DNA from: Chloroflexota bacterium
Lineage (GTDB): Bacteria > Chloroflexota > Dormibacteria > Dormibacterales > Dormibacteraceae
NCBI GenBank assembly: GCA_003446775.1
Contig: DMCH01000158.1
Location: 21,650 to 85,649 of the forward strand
Direction: 5' to 3'
DNA length: 64,000 nucleotides
The position numbers were made by a program, and so were the translations under genes. The notes below the pieces were generated by a model. That model was not told where the DNA came from. It ran no database searches and saw only the letters and a program-made list of their open reading frames with translations. Shown piece by piece: positions 15,605 through 24,900 of the stretch; the stretch's first letter is position 1; each line of letters opens with the position of its first letter.

Positions 15605-18265
15605 ATGTCCAAGCATGTCTTCGGTGCGCTCGCCAGGACCACGTTGAGGTCGCCGGCCGGACGCCGGCTCGCGGTCTCGCTGCTCAGCACCGTCGCGATC
15701 GGGTTCCTGGCGAGCCTGCCGGCCGCGGCTCCCTCTCCGGTCCAGCCCGGCACTACCCCTGCAGCCAGCGCCAGTTGGCTAACCCGCCTGAACCAGTGGC
15801 GGACCAGCACGGGTCTGGCCACCCTGACGGAGAACACGCTGTGGAGCCAGGGCGACGCCGCCCACGCTTTCTACATGGTCAAGACCGGCCTGGTCACGCA
15901 CTACGAGGACCCTGCCAACCCCTACTACACGGTCGCCGGCGACACCGCGGCCCAGAACTCCAACATCCAGGTCAGCTCCAGCACCGGCACCACCGACGAT
16001 CAGGCCATCGACTGGTGGATGGCGGCGCCATTCCACGCGATGAACATGATGGACCCGCGCCTGACACAGACTGGTTTCGGCTCGTACCGCGATGGCACTG
16101 CCTCGCCCTGGCAGGAGGGCGGTGCTCTGGACACCATCCGGGGCAATTCGTTCAGCGGCGGTTCGTACCCCGTCTATTTCCCCGGCAACGGCACCACCGA
16201 GCCGCTGACTAGGTATGGGGGCGGTGAATTCCCGGATCCTCTGCAAGCGTGTCCTGGATACAGCGCGCCAACCGGTTTGCCTGTCTTCATCCAGATCGGC
16301 GGCAACGTAAACACGACCGCCGGCGCCACTCACTCCTTTACAGGAAATGGAACCGCGCTCAGCCACTGCGTCATCGACTCGAGCAACTCCGCCGTCAGCA
16401 GCTACCTGTACACGAGGGGCGGCGTGATCCTTGTCCCCCAGCAGCCACTGCAGAGCGGCGTCAAGTACGTCGTCGCGCTCACGGTCAACGGAGTTGCCTA
16501 CACGTGGTCGTTCACGGTGGGGCCGTTTTTCGCCTCGGTCAGCGCTGTTACTCCGAATGCAGGCGCTTTGGCCGGAGGAACCACAGTCACGATCACTGGT
16601 GCGGGTTTCAACAATTCCATGGCCAGCGTCAAATTCGGAACCACATCGGCGACCAGTTTCAGCGTCGTGAACGACACGACCGTCACGGCGGTGAGCCCGG
16701 CCCACACCGCCGGCACGGTGGACGTCACGGTGACGACGGCCAGCGGCACCAGTGCCACCTCGGCGCTTGACCATTTCACGTTCGGAGCGTGCACTGCGGT
16801 GACTGTCTCCGCGGCGCCGCCCTCGCCGTCCACACCGGGCACGGCGGTCAAATTCACTGGCAGTGCTTTTGGCTGCTCCAACCCGCTCTATGAGTTCTGG
16901 ATCCTGGCTCCCGGGGGCAGCTGGACGATCATGCAGGCCTACTCGACCAGCGCCACGTTCAACTGGAACACGACCGGACTCGCGGGAGGCAGCTACCTCT
17001 ACTCGGTCTGGGTTCGCGACGCCGCCAGCTCAGCCGGCTATGACGCTTTCTTCCCCGGCACCGCGTACGCGCTGACGTCGTCGACCTGTGCGTCGGTGAG
17101 CGCCTCCGCGGCGCCGCCCTCCCCATCCATTTCCGGCACTGCTGTCACGATCACCGGCGCCGCCTTGGGCTGTGCCAACGCGCGCTACGAGTTCTGGATC
17201 CTGCCCCCTGGAGGCAGCTGGTCGATTGGGCAGGCCTACTCAAGCAGCGCCACCTTCAGCTGGAACACCACCGGCCTGGTCGCCGGCACCTACAGCTACT
17301 CGGTCTGGATCCGCGACGCCAGCAGCACGGCGAGCTATGACGCGTACTTCCCCGGTACCGGATACACGCTGACGTCCACGAACTGCACGTCGGTGAGCGC
17401 TTCCGCGGCGCCGCCCTCCCCGTCCATGTTGGGCACGGCTGTCACATTCACCGGCGCTGCCTCGGGCTGTCCCAACCCGCGCTACGAGTTCTGGATCCTG
17501 CCCCCTGGAGGCAGTTGGACGATTGCTCAGGCCTACTCCAGCAGCGCCACATTCAGCTGGAATACGACCGGACTCACAGCCGGCGCCTACAGCTACTCGG
17601 TCTGGGTCCGCGACGCCGCCAGCTCGGCCGGCTATGACGCTTTCTTCCCAGGTACCGCGTACACGCTGACATCGCCCTGTGCGTCCGTGACCGCCTCCAC
17701 AATGCCGGTGTCCCCGCAATCGGCGGGCACGGCTATCACCGTCACCGCCAGCGCCTCGGGCTGCACCAACCCGCGCTACGAGTTCTGGATCCTGGCCCCC
17801 GCGGGCAGTTGGAAGATTGCTCAGGCCTACTCCAGCAGCGCCACGTTCACCTGGAACACGACTCCGCCCTCCGGCACCTACAGCTACTCGGTCTGGGTCC
17901 GCGACGCCAGCAGCGCGGCAGCCTACGACGCTTTCTTACCCGGCACCACGTACACGCTCACGACCACGCCCTGCACGTCGGTGACCGCCACCGCGGCACC
18001 GGCCTCCCCGCAGGCCCATGGCACCACGATCTCTATCACGGCCAGCGCCTCGGGCTGCTCCAATCCGCGCTACGAGTTCTGGATCCTCGCCCCCGGCTCG
18101 AGCACCTGGACGATCGTGCAGTCCTACTCCAGCAGCGCCACATTCAGCTGGAACACGAGCGGACTGCCCGCCGGCACCTACCGCTACTCGGTCTGGGTGC
18201 ACGACGCCAGCAGCGCGGCCGGCTACGACGCTTACTTCCCCGGCACCACGTACACCCTGACGTGA
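15605..18265 (+). CDS. Secreted CAP/SCP-like + IPT/TIG protein with five C-terminal two-Cys repeats
   Basis: Track ORF starts at GTG 15596. ATG 15605 gives MSKHVFGAL, matching the MSKH start of the gene at 6139. CAP-like: WLTRLNQWRTSTGLATLTENTLWSQGDAAHAFYM. IPT/TIG-like: VSAVTPNAGALAGGTTVTITGAGF...VKFGTTSATSFSVVNDTTVTAVSPAHTAGTVDVTVTT. Repeats start at 16790. Confidence 0.8.
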   Translation: MSKHVFGALARTTLRSPAGRRLAVSLLSTVAIGFLASLPAAAPSPVQPGTTPAASASWLTRLNQWRTSTGLATLTENTLWSQGDAAHAFYMVKTGLVTHYEDPANPYYTVAGDTAAQNSNIQVSSSTGTTDDQAIDWWMAAPFHAMNMMDPRLTQTGFGSYRDGTASPWQEGGALDTIRGNSFSGGSYPVYFPGNGTTEPLTRYGGGEFPDPLQACPGYSAPTGLPVFIQIGGNVNTTAGATHSFTGNGTALSHCVIDSSNSAVSSYLYTRGGVILVPQQPLQSGVKYVVALTVNGVAYTWSFTVGPFFASVSAVTPNAGALAGGTTVTITGAGFNNSMASVKFGTTSATSFSVVNDTTVTAVSPAHTAGTVDVTVTTASGTSATSALDHFTFGACTAVTVSAAPPSPSTPGTAVKFTGSAFGCSNPLYEFWILAPGGSWTIMQAYSTSATFNWNTTGLAGGSYLYSVWVRDAASSAGYDAFFPGTAYALTSSTCASVSASAAPPSPSISGTAVTITGAALGCANARYEFWILPPGGSWSIGQAYSSSATFSWNTTGLVAGTYSYSVWIRDASSTASYDAYFPGTGYTLTSTNCTSVSASAAPPSPSMLGTAVTFTGAASGCPNPRYEFWILPPGGSWTIAQAYSSSATFSWNTTGLTAGAYSYSVWVRDAASSAGYDAFFPGTAYTLTSPCASVTASTMPVSPQSAGTAITVTASASGCTNPRYEFWILAPAGSWKIAQAYSSSATFTWNTTPPSGTYSYSVWVRDASSAAAYDAFLPGTTYTLTTTPCTSVTATAAPASPQAHGTTISITASASGCSNPRYEFWILAPGSSTWTIVQSYSSSATFSWNTSGLPAGTYRYSVWVHDASSAAGYDAYFPGTTYTLT
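16790..18262 (+). repeat. Coding tandem array, 5 units
   Basis: Units start CTAVTVSAAPPSPS, CASVSASAAPPSPS, CTSVSASAAPPSPS, CASVTASTMPVSPQ and CTSVTATAAPASPQAHG. Confidence 0.9.
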
Positions 18266-18282
18266 GTGGCCAAAGGCAACTC

Positions 18283-18331
18283 ACGCCCCTCTCCTACCCT
18301 CTCCCCGGGGGAGAGGGAGACTGATCTGAAG
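18283..18331 (+). repeat. Family-B palindromic element
   Basis: ACGCCCCTCTCCTACCCTCTCCCCGGGGGAGAGGGAGACTGATCTGAAG. Hairpin CCCTCTCC/GGAGAGGG at 18297-18317. Related copies at 29484-29543 and 32913-32954. Confidence 0.65.
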
Positions 18332-18345
18332 TAGACTCCCGCGCG

Positions 18346-21300
18346 GTGGGGTCATTGACAGGGGTCGCGCGCGCCACGTTATACGCGGGTGCGATTGCGC
18401 TCGTAATCGCTTCGGGTTTGGTCGGATCCAAAGACCACGTTCTCGCGCAAGCCACCGGCAAAGACGTCCCCGCATCCGGGACGGCGCAAGTGATACCGGT
18501 GCCTGCAAAACACGCTACCGCCCGGAAGCAGAGTCCAGCCGCGCCGGCGAATCAGCCGCTGCGGACCCTTGATCCGGTGAAGCTGCAGAAGGCAAAGACA
18601 GCCGCCAACGATCGCGCGGCCGCGGCTCAGCTGGGACTAAGCCCAGTCGCCTCACCTGCAGGCCAACCGTATGGCGTGTACAGCGGCGTCAACCGCCCAG
18701 GCCTCTCCGCGAGCGGATGTTGTAGTCCGTCCGACTCCACCGGCGCCGTCGGGCCCACCAACTACGTGCAGATGGTCAACAGCGCCATCGAGCAGCTACC
18801 CGTCCACGTACTTGCAGGGAACGCCAGCGCGTTGGACCTCGGCACGTTTGGCGCTTTCAACGCCACGGATTGCACGTACGACCCTCAGATCGCCTGGGAC
18901 GAACAGGGAGGGCGCTGGCTGTATTCGTTTCTCGACCAGGTTTCGTCGACGGGGAGCGGCTGCGCTTCCATCAGCAGCAACTACTTGGCCTTTGGCTGGT
19001 CGAAGACGAGCGATGCGAGCGATCTGGTCAACGGCTGGTGCGGTTTCCTGCTCATCACCGGCAGCGACCTTTTCGATTACCCCAAGCTCGGTCACGACAA
19101 CAACTTCATCAGCGTCGGCGCCAACGTTTACGCCAACTCAGGCGGAGGCGCGTTCACGACATCGGTCATCGTGGCGATCCCGAAACCGGCCCGCGCGGAT
19201 ACATCGTGCACCGTGCCCCCTCCCCCGACGTACTTTGGTTCCCCGGCCACGCCACTGCGGAACGCGGACAACACGGTCGCGTTCACCCCGGTGCCCGCGG
19301 ACACCGCCGACAGTTCGCCCTTGGGCTACGTCGTCGCATCTCATTTCCCGGGTACCGGGACGGCCACCAGACTCATGGTTTGGCACCTCAGCTCGAATGC
19401 CGGCACACCTGTCCTCACCGCAGACGGTGACGTGACCGTCGCCGGCTACGCTGTGCCTCCCGCGATTCCGCAGCCGGCCACCGGCACTACTTCGTGCTCG
19501 ACTGCCGGCAACTGCCTCGACTCCAATGATGGGCGGCTGACACAAGCGGTTGCTCATTTCGATCCCGATGCCGGTAAGGAAACCATCTGGACCCAGCACG
19601 CGATCGCCGACGCCGCCGTCGGAACGCTTTCCGTCGAACGCTGGTACGAACTGATTCCCGGGCAGAACACCCTGCGGCAATCGGGGAACGTGAGCGACAC
19701 CACCCTCCACATCTTCAATGGCGCCATCTCCCCCAGCTCGGCCGGCAACGAAGCGGTGATGTATTACAACGCCGGCAACGGCTCCGCCGGTGGCTTCGCA
19801 AGCTTCCGCGCCAAGAGCCGCAATTCTTCGACTCCTCTTGGGACCGTGACGAATGAAACCATCCTCGCCAGCGACGCGATCAACGACAACGACCTAAGCT
19901 GCGGCGTGAACCGCCGGCCGGTGGACCTCACGCTGCCGTGTCGTTGGGGCGACTACGCCGCGGCCAGGCCGGATCCGCTCGACGCGAACGCGGTCTGGGG
20001 CACCAGCATGCTGACCGGCACTGGCGGGACTAGCACGACCGCCGGGTGGAGAACGGCGATCGCCGCCTACACAAACGGCTGCCCGTGGACTGTCCTCAGC
20101 CCCCACTCCTCGAGCGCAATCACCGGGTCGACCAATCAGTTCACGGCCACATCGATGGGCTGCAGCAACCCGGAATACGAGTTCTTCGTAGGTCCCTCAA
20201 CAGGGAACGGACCCTGGACCCTGAAGCAGGCGTTCAGCGCCAGCAACACCTGGACCTGGGACACGTCCGGCTATTCGGCCGGTGACTACGACGTCCAGGT
20301 CTGGGCCAATCAGACCGGCGACTCGACCGCGAACTGGGAGGCGATGAATATCGCCAACATCACGCTGACGCAGTCGCCGCCCTGCACGGCCGTGACCGCC
20401 TCCGCGACGCCGGCCTCGCCGTCGTTGCCGGGGACGGCCGTCACCGTCACCGCCAGCGCCTCGGGCTGCCCCAACCCCCGCTACCAGTTCTGGATCCTGG
20501 CTCCTGGCTCGAGCACCTGGACGATTGCGCAGGCCTACTCCGCCAGCGCCACATTCAACTGGAACACGACGGCACAAGCAGCCGGCACCTACCAATTCTC
20601 GGTCTGGGCCCGCGACGCGGGCAGCGCGGCCGCCTATGACACTTACGTCCCCGGGTTCCCATACACGCTGAGGTCCGCGGCCTGCACATCGGTGACCGCC
20701 TCGGCGGCGCCGGCTTCCCCGCAGTTGCCGGGTACCGCCGTCACCATCACCGCCAGCGCCTCGGGTTGTCCCAACGCGCGCTACCAGTTCTGGATCCTGG
20801 CCCCTGGGTCGAGCACCTGGACGATTGCGCAGGCCTACTCAGCCAGCGCCACATTCAACTGGACCACGACCGGATTAGCAGCCGGTACCTACCAGTTCTC
20901 GGTCTGGGCCCGCGACGCCAGCAGCGCAGCCAGCTATGACACGTACGTCCCCGGGTTTCCATACACGCTGACGACCACGGCCTGCACCTCGGTGACCGCC
21001 TCGGCGGCGCCAGCTTCCCCGCAGGTGGCGGGTACCGCCGTCACCATCACCGCCAGCGCCTTGGGCTGTCCCAACGCGCGCTACCAGTTCTGGATCCTGG
21101 CCCCAGGGGGCAGCTGGACGATTGCGCAGGCCTACTCAGCCAGCGCCACATTCAACTGGACCACGACCGGACTCGCAGCCGGCACTTACAGCTACTCGGT
21201 CTGGGTCCGCGACGCCAGCAGCGCGGCGAGCTATGACGCGTTCTTGCCTGGCACCGCGTACAAGCTGACATCCACGGCCTGCACGTCGGTGACCGCCTCC

Positions 21301-21870
21301 GCGGCGCCGGCTTCCCCACAAGCGGTGGGCACCGCCGTCACCATCAGCGCCAGCGCCTCGGGCTGCCCCAACGCGCGCTACCAGTTCTGGATCCTGGCCC
21401 CCGGGGGCAGTTGGAAGATTGCGCAGGCCTATTCCAGCAGCGCGACATTCAACTGGACCACGACCGGACTCGCCGCCGGCACCTACACCTACTCGGTCTG
21501 GGTCCGCGACGCCAGCAGCGCGGCGGCCTACGACGCTTTCTCACCCGGCACCGCGTACACGCTCACGACCACGCCCTGCGCGTCGCTGACCGCCTCCGCG
21601 GCGCCGGCCTCCCCACAGGTGCATGGCACCACAGTCACCATCACCGCCAGCGCCTCGGGCTGCCCCAACCCCCAATACGAGTTCTGGATCCTCGCTCCTG
21701 GCTCGAGCACCTGGACGATGGTGCAGGGCTACTCCAGCAATGGCACATTCATCTGGAACACGACCGGACTTGCTGCCGGTACATACAAGTTCTCGGTCTG
21801 GGTCCGCGACGCCAGCAGCGGGGCCGGCTACGACGCTTACTTCCCCGGCGCCACCTACACGCTGACCTGA
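18346..21870 (+). CDS. Secreted protein with a large unknown (possibly sialidase-like propeller) N-terminal domain and six C-terminal two-Cys repeats
   Basis: GTG 18346. TM/signal-like ATLYAGAIALVIASGLVG. The N-domain contains FDYPKLGHDNNFISVGANVY and CRWGDYAAARPDPLDANAVWG. The first repeat (from 20080) is divergent (GCPWTVLSPHSS...CSNPEYEFFVG). The next four use RYQFWILAP. Confidence 0.75.
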   Translation: MGSLTGVARATLYAGAIALVIASGLVGSKDHVLAQATGKDVPASGTAQVIPVPAKHATARKQSPAAPANQPLRTLDPVKLQKAKTAANDRAAAAQLGLSPVASPAGQPYGVYSGVNRPGLSASGCCSPSDSTGAVGPTNYVQMVNSAIEQLPVHVLAGNASALDLGTFGAFNATDCTYDPQIAWDEQGGRWLYSFLDQVSSTGSGCASISSNYLAFGWSKTSDASDLVNGWCGFLLITGSDLFDYPKLGHDNNFISVGANVYANSGGGAFTTSVIVAIPKPARADTSCTVPPPPTYFGSPATPLRNADNTVAFTPVPADTADSSPLGYVVASHFPGTGTATRLMVWHLSSNAGTPVLTADGDVTVAGYAVPPAIPQPATGTTSCSTAGNCLDSNDGRLTQAVAHFDPDAGKETIWTQHAIADAAVGTLSVERWYELIPGQNTLRQSGNVSDTTLHIFNGAISPSSAGNEAVMYYNAGNGSAGGFASFRAKSRNSSTPLGTVTNETILASDAINDNDLSCGVNRRPVDLTLPCRWGDYAAARPDPLDANAVWGTSMLTGTGGTSTTAGWRTAIAAYTNGCPWTVLSPHSSSAITGSTNQFTATSMGCSNPEYEFFVGPSTGNGPWTLKQAFSASNTWTWDTSGYSAGDYDVQVWANQTGDSTANWEAMNIANITLTQSPPCTAVTASATPASPSLPGTAVTVTASASGCPNPRYQFWILAPGSSTWTIAQAYSASATFNWNTTAQAAGTYQFSVWARDAGSAAAYDTYVPGFPYTLRSAACTSVTASAAPASPQLPGTAVTITASASGCPNARYQFWILAPGSSTWTIAQAYSASATFNWTTTGLAAGTYQFSVWARDASSAASYDTYVPGFPYTLTTTACTSVTASAAPASPQVAGTAVTITASALGCPNARYQFWILAPGGSWTIAQAYSASATFNWTTTGLAAGTYSYSVWVRDASSAASYDAFLPGTAYKLTSTACTSVTASAAPASPQAVGTAVTISASASGCPNARYQFWILAPGGSWKIAQAYSSSATFNWTTTGLAAGTYTYSVWVRDASSAAAYDAFSPGTAYTLTTTPCASLTASAAPASPQVHGTTVTITASASGCPNPQYEFWILAPGSSTWTMVQGYSSNGTFIWNTTGLAAGTYKFSVWVRDASSGAGYDAYFPGATYTLT
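20080..21867 (+). repeat. Coding tandem array, 6 units
   Basis: Read from the translation; the last unit is of the PQVHGTTVTITASASGCPNPQYEFWILAP type. Confidence 0.9.
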
Positions 21871-21901
21871 AGTCGCGGCGCACGTCGTGTCCCTTCAAGC
21901 C

Positions 21902-21930
21902 TTGAACACGCTCTGATGAAGACCTAGTAT
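21902..21930 (+). promoter_or_regulatory. Putative sigma70-type promoter, TTGAAC-17-TAGTAT
   Basis: TTGAAC at 21902-21907, 17-nt spacer, TAGTAT at 21925-21930. Lies 10 nt before GTG 21941 and 43 nt before ATG 21974. Confidence 0.4.
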
Positions 21931-21940
21931 CTAGCTGCCG

Positions 21941-24900
21941 GTGGGAGGGCGATTGGGGCGGGGCTTCGCGGTGATGGCTGCAATCAGCCTGTTTATGAGC
22001 CTGTCCATCTCGGTACTGGGCGTCTCTGCCGCCACCCCGAAGCCGCCGGTTCCAAGCTCGGCTGGGTCTCAATCTTCGAGCCCGAGCGTTGAGGGCGATC
22101 CGACTGGGACTCGACAGGCAAAGCCGCGAACAGCATCCCCGCGGCAGCTCAGTCCCGCTCTGACAACCGGGGGGAGCTGGAGCTGGCAGAATCCCAAGCC
22201 CAACGGCAATCTTCTTACCGCGATCAGCTGCCCGGCCGCAAGCACCTGCTTTGCCGCCGGACAGGACAGCCCGATTCTCACAACTGTCAACGGGGGCTCC
22301 ACGTGGAGCCAGCAGGTCCGCGCCGCGGGCGTCAACAGCATCAGCTGCACAAGCACCACTTTCTGTGTCGCCGTCGGAGACTTCGGCCTCGTCATGACCA
22401 CCGCGGACGCGGGGAGCCACTGGGCCGCCCAGACCGTCAACGGCGGCAACTTCCTCGCCGGTGTGAGCTGCCCGACCGCCTCGGTCTGCTTCAGCGTCGG
22501 ATACGCAGGCTCCATCCTGTACAGCGGCAACGGCGGGAGCACCTGGACGGCGCAGGCCTCAGGCACAACAGCGAATCTGTTTGGGATCAACTGTCCGAGC
22601 GTGTCGATCTGCTATGCGGTCGGCGCGGGCGGAGTCATCACAGGGACGGCGAACGGGGGAACCACCTGGAGTGTTGAGTCGTCGACGACAAGCCTGGTGC
22701 TCCTTGCGATCTCATGCCCGAGCATCACCACCTGTGCCGCCGTGGGCGCCATTGGAACGATAGTCTCCACCACTACCGGCGGCACCACCTGGTCGTTGAT
22801 AGGCTCGGAAACCCGCGCCAACCTGTTTGGCATCAGCTGTCCGAGCACCAGCCTGTGCTTCAGTGCCGGAGACGACGGCGAAGTGCATGTCGGTTTCTCA
22901 GTGATCTCCGGAAATGCCTCGGTCGGCGCCGACGGCGGCCTGTGGGCGATCAGCTGTCCGACCGCCACTGAATGCCTGACCGCTGGCGATTTCGGAACCG
23001 TGGCGGTGACGACCAACGGCGGCAGTGGCTGGAGTCTGCAGCTTCAGGGCCTCGCAGGCCCTGTGTCAGGCATGAGCTGCCCGAGCACGACAACGTGTTT
23101 TGCTTTTGATCAGGGGACGATCTTGGGCACCACCGATGGAGGATCGACGTGGCCGCAGCTGTTCACGAGCACCCTGATCTATTTCAATTCCATCAGCTGC
23201 CCAACCACGAGCGTCTGCTTTGCCGCAGGTCTGCCGTACTTCAACAACGCGATGCTGTATGCGACGACGGACGCCGGCAAGACGTGGAATCCGGAGCTTT
23301 ACCCGAACCCGCTCGTTGGACAGGAACACCTGACCAGCATCAGCTGCGCGACCACTACGAACTGCGTTGCGGTGGATTCCTCGAATACCATCGGAACGAC
23401 GACCGATACCATCACAAGGACGACCGACGGGGTCCATTGGAGCTCCCCTACGTTCGGTCCGTGCTTTGGTCAGTGCCCCGGTCTCATCGCGGTCAGCTGC
23501 CCCACGGCAAGTGTCTGCTTTCTCATAACAACTGCGGTCCCGGGCCAGGTCTGGTCCTCGGTCGACGGCGGCACGAATTGGGTAGTCAGTTTCGATGTTG
23601 CCAATGATCCGCAGGCCGTAAGCACAGGGGGCTTCTCTGCCATCAGCTGCCCGAGCGCCACTGTCTGCTATGCGGTCGGGCCCGGACCGGCGTCGCCTGG
23701 CCCTGGTGGTGTTTACGCCACCACGACTGACGGAGGCGTCACGTGGAGAACAGACAACGGACCGTCCTCCACAAGCGTGACCGGCATCAGCTGCCCGAGC
23801 GTCAGCACATGCTATGTCTCAGCAACCGGTGCCTCGATATTCCACACGGCCGACTACGGAGGTACGTGGGACGTTCAGCTTGGCAATACCAATGCTTGGT
23901 ATTTTTCGGTCAGTTGCCCCACCACGACTGTGTGTTTTGCCGGCGGTAGTGGCGGTGCTGCCGGCGGGATCATTAGCGCTACCACCACCGCGGGAGCAGC
24001 CTGGACGCGACCGAAGCCGGCCGGATCCACCAACAGCATCTTTGGGGTTAGTTGCGGCAGCTCGAGCGACTGCTATGCAGCCGCGCTCAACAACATCCTT
24101 GTTTCGCACAACGGCGGGTCCACGTGGGCCACGCAAACGCTCACGACCGGCGACCAGGTTGTAGGGATGAAATGCGCTTCCGCGACCACGTGTTACGCGG
24201 TCGGGTGGCCGGGCGCCATTTACAAGACCATCGACTCTGGGACCACGTGGACCTATCAAGCGAATCCGCTGTCGGGCGCGGACACGACGTTGCTCGGGGT
24301 GAGCTGTTGGAGTCTCAGCGCATGCGTGGCGGTGGGCACAGATGGCGATGTCCTTTCGACCAGCGACGGGACCGCGTGGGGACTCGAAAATTCCACAACC
24401 TTCAACAACCTCTATGGCGTCAGCTGCCCCAGCAGCTCCACATGTGTCGCAGTCGGCACCAACGGTACGGCGCTGACGCGAACCGGCAATTCGTGGCACG
24501 CCGACCCGAGCGGCACCACGAGCTCCCTCGCCGGAGTCAGCTGCCCAAGCGCCGCTTCCTGCTACGCGGTCGGACAGACGGGCACGGTACTCATGACCAA
24601 CAACCAGGGTTCCAGCTGGACTGCGCAAAGCTCGGGTGTCACCAACGTCTTGACCGGCATTGGCTGCGTTCGCACTTATTTTTGCCTGGCTTCTGGCACC
24701 CTCGGCACCGCCCTCGTCACGCTCGATGGAAGTCACTGGAGCGCGCTTGCCACGCCAACAATCAACACCCTCCTCGGGGTCGCCATGCCTGACCCGAACC
24801 ATGCGTGGCTGGTAGGTAACGGCGGAACCATCCTCGCTAACGCGAGCCTCTTTCCCTGGACGTGCACCGCGGTGACCGAGTCTGCGGCACCGCCGTCGCA

